Below are positions 9,040 through 18,035 of a stretch of 42,087 nucleotides of DNA, one piece after another. The notes beneath the pieces are model-generated. The model saw only the letters and a program-made list of their open reading frames with translations, was not told the origin of the DNA and searched no databases. Position numbers and translations under genes: made by a program. Each line of letters begins with the position of its first letter. Position 1 is the first letter of the stretch. The DNA is taken from positions 1 through 42,087 of the forward strand of contig JBJFGY010000062.1 of NCBI GenBank assembly GCA_051893155.1. The letters are read 5' to 3'. Source of the DNA: Bacilli bacterium (GTDB lineage Bacteria > Bacillota_I > Bacilli_A > RF39 > UBA660).

Positions 9040-10888
9040 ATTCCTTCTTTAAATAAATAAGAATTAAAGAAATGTCCACAGGATTTACACCACTTATCCT
9101 AGATGCCTGAGCAATATTTTCTGGTCTTATTAAAGATAATTTTTGTCTTGCTTCACTTGCAATATTTTTAATTTTATTATAATCAATATCCATAGGAATT
9201 TTCTTTTTTTCTAATTTTAGCATTTTTTCCTTTTCAAGATATTCTTTTTTTATATATCCTTCATATTTAACTTCAATAGAAACTTCTTCTTTTACATCAC
9301 TAGAAAATGAATCTAAATTAATAAAATTACCTATAAAATTTAAAGTTATTTCTGGTCTTTTTAAAAGTGTTAAAAATTTTATATTATTTTTAGGTATAGA
9401 TATATTATTTTTTTGAAAATATTTAATTACATTATCATTAATTTCAAGTTTATTATCATTTAATATTTTTATTAATTTTTTTATATTTTCTAACCTATTT
9501 TTATAAATATTAAATTTATTTTGTGATACACTACCAACATCAAATCCTAATTCAGTTAATCTTAAATCAGCATTATCATGTCTTAATAAGAGTCTAAATT
9601 CTGCTCTTGAAGTAAGCATACGATATGGATCAGTAATACCCTTGGTAACTAAATCATCAATAAGTACCCCTATATATGCATCAGATCTTTTTAAAATAAG
9701 AGGTTCTTTATTATTAATTTTTAAACTTGCATTTATACCTGCTATTAAACCTTGTCCTGCAGCTTCTTCATAGCCTGATGTACCATTAATTTGTCCTGCA
9801 GTAAACAAATTTTCAAGTATTTTGGATTCTAAATTAGCTTTTATTTGCATTGAATCAATTGCATCATATTCAATAGCATAAGCATATTTTGTAATTTCAG
9901 CATTTTCTAAACCTTCTAAAGAATGAACCATTTTCTCTTGTATATTTCTTGGCATTGATGTAGAAAAGCCTTGCAAATACCATTCATCATAATAAATACT
10001 TTCTGGCTCTAAAAATAGTTGATGTCTTTCTTTATCTGAAAATCTTACAATTTTATCTTCAATTGAAGGACAATATCTTGGACCTACACCAGTAGCAAAA
10101 CCACCATACATAGCGCTTAATTTTAAATTATTTCTGATTATTTTGTGAGTTTTTTCATTGGTATATACAAGATAACATTTTTGTTGGTTATTAATATTAT
10201 ATAGTGGTTTTGTGTCAAATGAAAAAGTCCAATAAGTATCATCACCTTTTTCTTCTTTTAATTTACTAAAGTCAATACTACTAGCTTTAATTCTTGGTGG
10301 CGTTCCTGTTTTTAATCTTTTAATATTAAACCCTAAAATTTTTAAATTGTTTGATAAATCATTACTTCTTTTTTCACCATGAGGACCACTTGGAGTATTT
10401 TCAGAACCAATTAAAATATTTGCATTTAAATAAGTACCTGTAGTTAATATTACAGATTTTGAATAAATTTTATCACTATTTGAAAGAATAACACCAACTA
10501 CTTTATTATTTTCTACGATTAAATTTTCTACCATATTTTCTATAATTGTTAAGTTTTCAGTATTTTCTAAGTATTCTTTCATTACTTTAGGATAAACTTT
10601 TTTGTCAGCTTGAGCTCTAAGACTTCTAACTGCAGGTCCCTTAGAATTATTTAACATTTTAATTTGAAAATGTGATTTATCAGCTACTATACCCATTAAA
10701 CCACCTAAGGCATCAATCTCTCTTACAATAATTCCTTTTGCACTTCCACCTATAGAAGGATTACATGGCATATCAGCAATATTATTTATATTTGAGGTTA
10801 TAAGTAATGTTTTATTACCCATAAAAGCACTTATATGAGCTGCCTCACAACCAGCATGACCACCACCAACAACTATTATATCATACAT
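9020..10888 (-). CDS. mnmG: tRNA uridine 5-carboxymethylaminomethyl modification enzyme MnmG/GidA
   Basis: FAD motif MYDIIVVGGGHAGCEAA. Conserved along the full length. The start is moved to ATG 10888 so that the gene begins at the canonical MYDIIV and no longer overlaps mnmE. Confidence 0.95.
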   Translation of the reverse strand: MYDIIVVGGGHAGCEAAHISAFMGNKTLLITSNINNIADMPCNPSIGGSAKGIIVREIDALGGLMGIVADKSHFQIKMLNNSKGPAVRSLRAQADKKVYPKVMKEYLENTENLTIIENMVENLIVENNKVVGVILSNSDKIYSKSVILTTGTYLNANILIGSENTPSGPHGEKRSNDLSNNLKILGFNIKRLKTGTPPRIKASSIDFSKLKEEKGDDTYWTFSFDTKPLYNINNQQKCYLVYTNEKTHKIIRNNLKLSAMYGGFATGVGPRYCPSIEDKIVRFSDKERHQLFLEPESIYYDEWYLQGFSTSMPRNIQEKMVHSLEGLENAEITKYAYAIEYDAIDSMQIKANLESKILENLFTAGQINGTSGYEEAAGQGLIAGINASLKINNKEPLILKRSDAYIGVLIDDLVTKGITDPYRMLTSRAEFRLLLRHDNADLRLTELGFDVGSVSQNKFNIYKNRLENIKKLIKILNDNKLEINDNVIKYFQKNNISIPKNNIKFLTLLKRPEITLNFIGNFINLDSFSSDVKEEVSIEVKYEGYIKKEYLEKEKMLKLEKKKIPMDIDYNKIKNIASEARQKLSLIRPENIAQASRISGVNPVDISLILIYLKKEYAKNDK

Positions 10889-10896
10889 TATTATCA

Positions 10897-12246
10897 CTAC
10901 TTTCCTACGCAAAAATCTTTAAATAATTGATTTATAATATCATCGCTATATGTTTTACCAATTATACTACCTAAATAATCATAACAATTTTTTAAATCAA
11001 TTGATATCATATCAATAGGAATATTTTGAGTTAAAGCATTTATCGCTTTTTTTATAGAATCACTAGCTTTATTAATTAATGATATTTGCCTTGCATTAGA
11101 TAAATAAGTTAAATCTTTGTTTATTTCATTTAATTCAAATAATTCAATTATTTTATTTTTTAAATTATCTAGTCCATTTACATCAAGAGTATTTCCATAA
11201 ATTATATTGTTATATTTTTCAACATTAATATCTATATTATTTTTTAAATCACTTTTATTGATAAAAATAATATATTTTTTTAAACCTACTAATTTTAATA
11301 ATTTTTTATCATCGATAGTTAATTTATTTGATCCATCTAAAACTAATATTAATAAATCAGCATTTTCCAATTGTTCTAAACTTTTATTAACACCTATTTT
11401 TTCAACAAAATCACTAGTTTCATGAATACCTGCAGTATCTATTAATTTTAATTCAATTCCATTTAATGAAATACTTCCTTCAACTATATCTCGTGTTGTA
11501 CCTGCAATGTCTGTTACGATAGCCTTTTCTTCATCAAGTAAATGATTTAATATACTACTTTTTCCTACATTTGGTTTTCCTATTATAGCTACATTTATAC
11601 CACTTGAAATAATTTTTCCAAATTTAGAAGTATTTTTTAGATTATCAATTTCTTTATTAATTATATCTAATTGTTCCCGAAGTAAATTTTCAGTTATAAT
11701 TAAATTATCTTCGTATTCTGGATAATCAATATTAACTTCTATATTAGCCATTAATTTAACTAATTTTTCTCTTATATTATTAATTATTTTAGTTAAATTT
11801 CCCCCTATTTGATTTAAACAAAGCTTTCTTTTTGACTCTGTTTTAGCATTTATTAATTCATTAACTGCTTCTGATTCAATTAAATCAATTCGGCCATTTA
11901 AAAATGCTCTTTTTGTAAATTCACCAGGTTCTGCTAGACGACAGCCAATCTCTAATAAAATTTCTAATACCTTGTTTGTTGTTGCTACACCACCATGTAA
12001 ATTAATTTCAACAACATCTTCCATAGTATAAGTTCTTGGTTTTTTCATTACTGAAACTAAAACTTCATCAATTATTTCATCTTTATAAATTATATGACCA
12101 TATTTAATAGTATGTGATTTAACATTTTTTAAATTACTTGAAAAAATACTATTAACAATTACAATAGCTTTAGGACCACTTATTCTAATAATTGATATAG
12201 CACCTACACTTAATGATGTAGATATAGCACATATAGTATCTTCCAT
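10897..12246 (-). CDS. mnmE: tRNA modification GTPase MnmE/TrmE
   Basis: G-domain motifs GKPNVGKSS and DTAGI. Has the C-terminal CxGK tetrapeptide (FCVGK). Confidence 0.95.
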   Translation of the reverse strand: MEDTICAISTSLSVGAISIIRISGPKAIVIVNSIFSSNLKNVKSHTIKYGHIIYKDEIIDEVLVSVMKKPRTYTMEDVVEINLHGGVATTNKVLEILLEIGCRLAEPGEFTKRAFLNGRIDLIESEAVNELINAKTESKRKLCLNQIGGNLTKIINNIREKLVKLMANIEVNIDYPEYEDNLIITENLLREQLDIINKEIDNLKNTSKFGKIISSGINVAIIGKPNVGKSSILNHLLDEEKAIVTDIAGTTRDIVEGSISLNGIELKLIDTAGIHETSDFVEKIGVNKSLEQLENADLLILVLDGSNKLTIDDKKLLKLVGLKKYIIFINKSDLKNNIDINVEKYNNIIYGNTLDVNGLDNLKNKIIELFELNEINKDLTYLSNARQISLINKASDSIKKAINALTQNIPIDMISIDLKNCYDYLGSIIGKTYSDDIINQLFKDFCVGK

Positions 12247-12303
12247 AGTAATATTTCCCTTTCAATTCACGTTATTATAACATCTTTTGTATATATTGTA
12301 AAT

Positions 12304-12329
12304 CAAAAAATCCCAAAACTAATGGGATT
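12304..12329 (-). terminator. Putative intrinsic terminator after jag
   Basis: Minus-strand RNA AAUCCCA-uuaguu-UGGGAUU followed by UUUUUU. The hairpin overlaps the jag stop codon by 2 nt. Confidence 0.6.
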
Positions 12330-12942
12330 ATTTATCTTCAACATAACTTATAACAATATGTCTATTAGGTTCTTCACCAGTACTTTTTGATGATATATTT
12401 TTAAAATCTGCAAGCGCATTATGTACAACTCTTCTTTCATAAGAATTCATATTTTCAAGATGAACATCTATTTTTGTTTTAAGCACTTCTTTAGCAGTCT
12501 GCTTAGCAAGTTTTTCAAGTCTTGTTATTTTTTTATCTTTATAATTTTCAACATCTAATGAAATTACAAAATACAAACCAGTTTCTAATTGAATTTTTTG
12601 TCTTACTAGGTTTTCTAATGATTTTAATGTATTACCATTATGACCAATTAAAATACTATTGTTATTTGAATACATTTTAATAATGGTCCTATCATCAACT
12701 TTTTTTGTTTCAAAAGTTACTTCTAAACCTAAATTATTAATTACATCTTTTAGAAAATCTTTTGCAAATTCATATATATCATTTTTTTTATATACAATAA
12801 CTTCAACTGTTCCTGATTTAAACAATCCTTTTTTTGTTGTTCCAGTTTTATAAATAACTTCATCTTGAGTTAAATTATTATCTTCAAGTATACTTGCTAA
12901 TGTATCTTCAAAATTTTTACCAGTTTTACTTATTTTTTCCAT
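12328..12942 (-). CDS. khpB: KH/R3H RNA-binding protein Jag/KhpB
   Basis: 204 aa with a KH-like middle region and a C-terminal R3H (ERRVVHNALADF). Has the conserved position after yidC. Confidence 0.85.
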   Translation of the reverse strand: MEKISKTGKNFEDTLASILEDNNLTQDEVIYKTGTTKKGLFKSGTVEVIVYKKNDIYEFAKDFLKDVINNLGLEVTFETKKVDDRTIIKMYSNNNSILIGHNGNTLKSLENLVRQKIQLETGLYFVISLDVENYKDKKITRLEKLAKQTAKEVLKTKIDVHLENMNSYERRVVHNALADFKNISSKSTGEEPNRHIVISYVEDK

Positions 12943-13996
12943 ACTTCAATCCTTCCTTTAATTTTAATTTTTCTTTAATTGTTTTTGTTTTTTTACGATA
13001 TTTTTTTTCATCGTGTTTTGTTATAAGTTTCATTATATATGATTGGAAGAACATAAATGAATAAGTTACTACCCAATAAAGTGCTATAGCTGTTGGTAAA
13101 CTAAATGATGCAAAGCCAATAAATATTGTCATAAATATAAGCATAATCTTAGATTGTTTTTCTACTCCTGGAATTGAACTGCTTGCATTTGAACTTTGTT
13201 TCATTGTAAATTTGAAAGAAAAATATGTAGATAAAATAATTAATACTACTAAAATAATAAAAGAATATTGATGATTTTTAAATATTCCAATACTTGGTGT
13301 TGTTCCTAAATTCCAACCAAATATCTTTCCTTCATAAATTGTTGGTATTTTATAAATTGCTTCTAAAAAAGCAAAGAATACAGGAAGTTGAATTAATGAA
13401 AGTAAACAACTTGTCGTAGGATTTATTTTATATTTTTTATAAATTTGCATCATTTCTTGTTGTTTTAAAAGCATAGCTTCATTTGATGTATCATTTGAAT
13501 ATTTTTTTTCTAATTTTTGAAGCTCTGGCGTTGCCTTTTTTATATTTTCACTTTGTTTTTGATTTTTAATTGAAAATGGTAATAGTATTAATCTAATTAA
13601 TAAGCCTATTAACATAACAGAAATTCCTAAGTATGAATTAGTTAGACCAATTTTTTTAAATAAGTTACCAACCTTTAATATAATATAAGCAAGTGGTTTT
13701 ACAAATAAAAATTGCCATAAACTATTTGTTTTATTTGAATTTATTTTAAATTCATCACAACTAGGTAATTTAGATAATTTGATATCCATTTGTTCTTCGT
13801 ATTGTTCATATAATTTATATGTTTCAGTACCTTCACTAGGTCTACAATAAATATTTTTTTGTAAACTTTGTCCAGTTGTATCATTAGTTACAATACTTCC
13901 TTTATCATCTTTAATATAATTATTTGATCCACATCCTGTTGTTAATAAAATAACTAACACAAGTATTATAGATAAATACTTTTTTTTAGTTTTCAT
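12926..13996 (-). CDS. yidC: Membrane protein insertase YidC/SpoIIIJ family (lipoprotein)
   Basis: Lipobox LLTTGC, five-TM Oxa1/YidC core, basic C-terminal tail. Follows rnpA. Confidence 0.9.
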   Translation of the reverse strand: MKTKKKYLSIILVLVILLTTGCGSNNYIKDDKGSIVTNDTTGQSLQKNIYCRPSEGTETYKLYEQYEEQMDIKLSKLPSCDEFKINSNKTNSLWQFLFVKPLAYIILKVGNLFKKIGLTNSYLGISVMLIGLLIRLILLPFSIKNQKQSENIKKATPELQKLEKKYSNDTSNEAMLLKQQEMMQIYKKYKINPTTSCLLSLIQLPVFFAFLEAIYKIPTIYEGKIFGWNLGTTPSIGIFKNHQYSFIILVVLIILSTYFSFKFTMKQSSNASSSIPGVEKQSKIMLIFMTIFIGFASFSLPTAIALYWVVTYSFMFFQSYIMKLITKHDEKKYRKKTKTIKEKLKLKEGLKYGKNK

Positions 13997-14318
13997 TTAT
14001 ACCTCCTAATAAATTAATTAATGATAATTTATTTTGTTGAAAAGAATTTAATAAAAAACCTTTCTTTATAATTATAATATAATTATTATAATTTTTAAAT
14101 AATAAATTATTTGAATGTATTATATTTCTTACTTGCCTTTTACATTTATTTCTTATTACTGCATTACCAATTTTTTTAGGAGCAGTAATTCCAAATTTTG
14201 GACTTAATTCATTTTTATGTTTAAAAAATATTATAAATTCATTGTTTGAAATTTTTTTACCTTTATTTATTATTTCATTAAATTCTGTATTTTCTTTAAC
14301 AATATATTTTTTATTCAT
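13986..14318 (-). CDS. rnpA: Ribonuclease P protein component
   Basis: Basic protein of about 110 aa between rpmH and yidC, with an RNR-like motif (AVIRNKCKRQVR). ATG 14318 is preferred over 14330 because AAGG lies 6 nt upstream of it. Confidence 0.85.
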   Translation of the reverse strand: MNKKYIVKENTEFNEIINKGKKISNNEFIIFFKHKNELSPKFGITAPKKIGNAVIRNKCKRQVRNIIHSNNLLFKNYNNYIIIIKKGFLLNSFQQNKLSLINLLGGINEN

Positions 14319-14332
14319 ACATACCTTCATTT

Positions 14333-14359
14333 AAAAAAAACCACAATAAAGTGGTCTTT
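14333..14359 (-). terminator. Hairpin plus U-run between rpmH and rnpA (possible partial terminator)
   Basis: Minus-strand RNA AAAGACCAC-uuuauu-GUGGUUUUU, with one G-U pair, followed by further U residues. Confidence 0.4.
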
Positions 14360-14481
14360 TATTTACTTAAAACTTTTCTTCCTTTTCTACGACGATTTGT
14401 TAATACTTTACCATTTTTTCTTGAAAAAAATCCATGAGTCTTTTTCATTTTTCTATTATTTGGTTGATATGTTCTTTTCAT
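14359..14481 (-). CDS. rpmH: 50S ribosomal protein L34 (short, 40 aa)
   Basis: Not in the ORF track because it is too short. My manual translation is [49 protein letters not shown] upstream. Classic position divergent from dnaA. Confidence 0.9.
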   Translation of the reverse strand: MKRTYQPNNRKMKKTHGFFSRKNGKVLTNRRRKGRKVLSK

Positions 14482-14515
14482 AATAATACATTTTCTCCTT
14501 TTCTCTAGCGCTAAT

Positions 14516-14545
14516 ATTATAATATTAAAAATAATATTTAGTCAA
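14516..14545 (-). promoter_or_regulatory. Putative sigma-A promoter of rpmH-rnpA
   Basis: Minus strand reads TTGACT (14545-14540), an 18 nt spacer, then TATAAT (14521-14516). Confidence 0.5.
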
Positions 14546-14568
14546 GTAAAAATATATAATAAAAATAT

Positions 14569-14732
14569 TTTTCAACATTTTATCAACAAATTACTAACAA
14601 TAAATTAACATTATAAACAACAATTAAACAAACAATAAAAAATTATCAACATATAAATTTTGTTGAAAGTGTTGAAAACTTGTGATATTCTAGTAAATAA
14701 AAGAAAAAAGTGTTGATAATTTGTGTGGAAAA
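14569..14732. promoter_or_regulatory. oriC left module: cluster of DnaA boxes between rpmH and dnaA
   Basis: Nine-mers within 0-2 mismatches of TTATCCACA. Forward: 14569-77 TTTTCAACA, 14580-88 TTATCAACA, 14643-51 TTATCAACA. Reverse: 14661-69, 14670-78, 14711-19 (TGTTGATAA) and 14724-32 (TGTGGAAAA). There is a weaker TTATAAACA at 14611-19. Confidence 0.85.
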
Positions 14733-14743
14733 CTTGTTATAAT
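14713..14743 (+). promoter_or_regulatory. Candidate dnaA promoter overlapping DnaA boxes
   Basis: TTGATA (14713-18), a 19 nt spacer, then TGtTATAAT extended -10 (14735-43). The spacer is long, so this is tentative. Confidence 0.35.
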
Positions 14744-14814
14744 TTTTTTTTACTTTAACTTTTATAAAAAATGAAGTAAAATAAAGTTGTAAAAAATTAT
14801 ATGTGGGGTAAGGT

Positions 14815-16182
14815 ATGAAAATAGAAGAACTATACAATACTTTTTTAGAAGAAATAGAACAAATTGTAAGCATTAATGTATATAATGTTTGGTTTTCTAA
14901 AATTAAATTTTTATCACTAAATGATAACAATTTAGAAATATTAGTACCAATGAGTATTCATAAACAAATGCTTTCAGAAAATTATAAAGATATAATTGAT
15001 AATATTCTTCTTAATATAACAGGAAAAACATATAATATTAATTACTTAACTGAAGATGAATATAAAGAAATTGAAAATCAAAATAATGATATCCAGCATA
15101 ATAATATTAATAATGATTATAATGTTGATGAAATGTGGGAAACAAATTTAAATCCTAAATTCACTTTTGAAACTTTTGTTGTTGGTGATTCAAATAGATT
15201 AGCTGTTGTTTCAGCTCATGCTGTTGCCGAAAATCCAGGCTCAATTCATAATCCATTATTTTTATATGGAAAAAGTGGAATAGGTAAAACACATTTAATG
15301 CATGCCATAGGTAATTATATTGTTAATCATTCTAATAAGAAAGTTTTATATGTTACTAGTAATGACTTTGTTGAAGATTATACAGGTATTGCTTATTTAG
15401 AAAAAGGAATTAACACAATAAATTATGCTAAAAATTTTAAAGATAAATATAAAAATGTTGACGTTTTAATAATAGATGATATTCAATTTTTAGTAGGAGC
15501 AGATAAATCTCAACAAGAATTCTTCCATACTTTTAATGCTTTATATCAAGCAAATAAACAAATCATAATTAGTTCTGATAGATCACCAGATGATTTAAAA
15601 AGAATAGAAGATAGATTAAGAAGTAGATTTATGTGGGGATTACCAGTTGATATTTATCCACCAGATTTTGCATTAAGGTGTAAAATTATTCGTACTAAAA
15701 TCAAAAATTCTTCTTTAGAAAACCGTTTAAATGATGAAGTTATTGAATATATTGCAAATTCATGTCAAAATGATATTAGATTTATCGAAGGTACAATAAA
15801 TAGACTAATGGCATACACTGCAATGATGGTACCTGAAAAAATTGATTTAAATTTTGCTATTGAAGCTTTAAAAGACTATTTAAGTGTTAATATATATGCT
15901 GACAATTCAATTAGTAAAATTCAAAAAACTGTTGCTGATTATTTTGGTATAACTGTAAGCGATTTAAAAAGTAAGAAAAAAGTATCCAATATTAGTAAAC
16001 CAAGGCATATAGCAATATATTTATGTCGGGTTGAGACCGATGAAAAACTTGAAAGAATAGGATTGGAATTTGGAGGGAGGGATCATTCAACAATTTCATC
16101 TTCATATGACAAAATAGTAAATGACTTAAAAAAAGATGAAAAATTAAATATTATAATAAAAGAAATAAAAAATAAGTTATAA
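14815..16182 (+). CDS. dnaA: Chromosomal replication initiator protein DnaA
   Basis: AAA+ Walker A (GKSGIGKTHL), Walker B (LIIDDIQF), and the domain IV DnaA signature (HTFNALY ... RPRHIAIYLCR ... GGRDHSTI). GGGGTAAGG RBS. Confidence 0.98.
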   Translation: MKIEELYNTFLEEIEQIVSINVYNVWFSKIKFLSLNDNNLEILVPMSIHKQMLSENYKDIIDNILLNITGKTYNINYLTEDEYKEIENQNNDIQHNNINNDYNVDEMWETNLNPKFTFETFVVGDSNRLAVVSAHAVAENPGSIHNPLFLYGKSGIGKTHLMHAIGNYIVNHSNKKVLYVTSNDFVEDYTGIAYLEKGINTINYAKNFKDKYKNVDVLIIDDIQFLVGADKSQQEFFHTFNALYQANKQIIISSDRSPDDLKRIEDRLRSRFMWGLPVDIYPPDFALRCKIIRTKIKNSSLENRLNDEVIEYIANSCQNDIRFIEGTINRLMAYTAMMVPEKIDLNFAIEALKDYLSVNIYADNSISKIQKTVADYFGITVSDLKSKKKVSNISKPRHIAIYLCRVETDEKLERIGLEFGGRDHSTISSSYDKIVNDLKKDEKLNIIIKEIKNKL

Positions 16183-16185
16183 ATT

Positions 16186-16303
16186 TGTTGATAACTTTTT
16201 AATTATTTTACCTAAAAAACAACTAAATTAATAATAAAAACAAATTATCAACATTATTAACCTTATAAGTATAATAATAATTATTTAATAAAAGAAAGAA
16301 GGA
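16186..16303. promoter_or_regulatory. oriC right module: two inverted DnaA boxes plus AT-rich unwinding region between dnaA and dnaN
   Basis: TGTTGATAA at 16186-94 and TTATCAACA at 16245-53. These are followed by a small G/C patch (AACC, 16259-62) and 3-nt-periodic TTA TAA GTA TAA TAA TAA TTA (16263-83), which resembles DnaA-trios. The rest is almost pure A/T. Confidence 0.7.
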
Positions 16304-16312
16304 ATGGAAAAT

Positions 16313-17428
16313 ATGAAATTTACAATTAAAAAAAATATAATTTTAGAAGCATTATCAAATGCAGTTAGAGCAATATCAACTAAAATAACTATACCTGTAC
16401 TTAATGGAATATTATTTAATTTAACTGATTCAGGTTTAGAAATTCAAGCTAGTGATAGTGAACTAACAATAAAGACAACAATTGCTAATAAAGATATAAT
16501 AAATATTGAACAATGTGGAAGTGCAGTTTTACAAAGTAGATGTTTAATAGATATAATTAGAAAAATGCCTAATGATATTATTAACTTTGAATTAACGGAA
16601 AAAAATAATATAAAAATATATTCTCAAATAAATGAGTATATTATTGAATGTTATAATATATTAGAATATCCAAATATAAATTTAGAAAAAAGTGAAAACA
16701 TTATTAAAATTAAATCTAAATTAATTAAAGAAATGATTAACCAAACCTCATATGCTATGTCTACTCAAGAAGTAAGACCTTTATTAACTGGACTTAACCT
16801 AAAAATAAATGGAGATATTCTTGAATGTACAGGTACTGATTCATATAGATTAGCTAAAAAAGTAGTAAAACTAGATGAACCAATTTATAATAGTATAAAT
16901 ATAGTTATTCCTGGAAAAAGTGTTAATGAACTAGTTAATATATTAAAAGAAGATGGTGATGTTGAAATAAATTTATTTAAAAACAAAGTGTTATTTATTT
17001 ATGATAATATTTTATTTCAAACTTCTTTATTAAATGGAGCGTATCCTGATACAAGTAATTATATTCCAAAAGATTTTAGTTATATGATTAATTTAAATTT
17101 AAAAGAATTTTATAGTGCTATTGATAGAGCATCTACAATAATGCTTGGAAAAGACAAAAATATTATAAAAATGCAAATTGATAATAAGAAAATGACATTA
17201 TATGGATCATCTTCAGATAGTAAATGTAGAGAAGAACTTAGTATAGATTGTAATAATAAAGAAAAACTTGAAATAAGTTATTCATCAAAATATATGTTGG
17301 ATGCTTTAAAAGTTTTAGATAGTGAGAATATAATATTATTAATTAATGGTGATGATAAACCAATTATTATTAATAGTGTTTCTGATGATACAATAATTGA
17401 ATTAATTTTACCTATTAAAACGTATTAA
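16313..17428 (+). CDS. dnaN: DNA polymerase III beta sliding clamp
   Basis: Three-domain clamp-sized protein beginning MKFTIKK. ATG 16313 is preferred because it lies 9 nt after AGAAGGA. ATG 16304 abuts the RBS directly. Confidence 0.95.
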   Translation: MKFTIKKNIILEALSNAVRAISTKITIPVLNGILFNLTDSGLEIQASDSELTIKTTIANKDIINIEQCGSAVLQSRCLIDIIRKMPNDIINFELTEKNNIKIYSQINEYIIECYNILEYPNINLEKSENIIKIKSKLIKEMINQTSYAMSTQEVRPLLTGLNLKINGDILECTGTDSYRLAKKVVKLDEPIYNSINIVIPGKSVNELVNILKEDGDVEINLFKNKVLFIYDNILFQTSLLNGAYPDTSNYIPKDFSYMINLNLKEFYSAIDRASTIMLGKDKNIIKMQIDNKKMTLYGSSSDSKCREELSIDCNNKEKLEISYSSKYMLDALKVLDSENIILLINGDDKPIIINSVSDDTIIELILPIKTY

Positions 17429-17489
17429 TAACTTTTTCTTCGACATTATTTTTAAAATTTATGTGTTAAATATATATTGTGGGGGAATT

Positions 17490-17933
17490 ATGGACAAATA
17501 TATAATTAATATAAATACATTAGTTTTAATGGATAATGGAGATAATACTACAAAAATAATTGAAAAATATATTACATATAATATTAATAATAAAATTTAC
17601 AATATTATTGATGAAAGCTGTAAATATTATGGTAGTTCATTTAAAGGAAGATGTAAAAGTACTGAATATTTATTAGGTATAAAATTAAAAGTACCAATTA
17701 TAATAAGTGAAAGTAAAAGTATAATATTTTTTCCAACAATGTCAATTCAAAATAAAAAATGTGTTTGGTTTAATTTAAATTCAATTGATAAATATTATAC
17801 TATTGATAATTTAATATTAAATGTTTGTTTAATAAATAATATAAATATAAAAATTAATTGTTCTAATTACACTTTTAATAATCAATATTTAAAAGCAATG
17901 CGATTAAAATCAATTTTAAAGAAGAATTTGTGA
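17490..17933 (+). CDS. ComK-family protein (competence transcription factor-like, C-terminally short)
   Basis: Collinear by eye with B. subtilis ComK. IIDESCKYYGSSFKGRCKSTEY...KVPIIISESKSIIFFPTMS...KCVWFN matches IVDRSCRFFGSSYAGRKAGTYE...KPPIMVDPSNQIFLFPTLS...QCGWIS. The start is set at ATG 17490, 5 nt after GGGGGAA. Confidence 0.75.
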   Translation: MDKYIININTLVLMDNGDNTTKIIEKYITYNINNKIYNIIDESCKYYGSSFKGRCKSTEYLLGIKLKVPIIISESKSIIFFPTMSIQNKKCVWFNLNSIDKYYTIDNLILNVCLINNINIKINCSNYTFNNQYLKAMRLKSILKKNL

Positions 17934-17949
17934 AATAATTCTTTTTTTT
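17921..17949 (+). terminator. Putative intrinsic terminator after the ComK-like gene
   Basis: AAGAATT (17922-28), an 8 nt loop, AATTCTT (17937-43), then a T-run. The hairpin overlaps the TGA stop. Confidence 0.6.
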
Positions 17950-17961
17950 AGGCTAATTTTA

Positions 17962-17970
17962 TGATATAAT
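17962..17970 (+). promoter_or_regulatory. Candidate extended -10 promoter element for recF-gyrB-gyrA
   Basis: TGaTATAAT at 17962-70, downstream of the putative terminator. The -35 region is poor. Confidence 0.3.
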
Positions 17971-18035
17971 GTGTATGTGTGTAGGAGTACGAAAAAGGGT
18001 ATAATTTTTAGAATTTTATCTTAAAAGAGGCAAAA

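Noticed and set aside
14646-14930. A 94-aa minus-strand ORF spanning the DnaA-box cluster and the dnaA 5' end.
   Set aside because: It overlaps the oriC boxes, the dnaA RBS and the dnaA start. Its translation has no motifs. It is a chance ORF.
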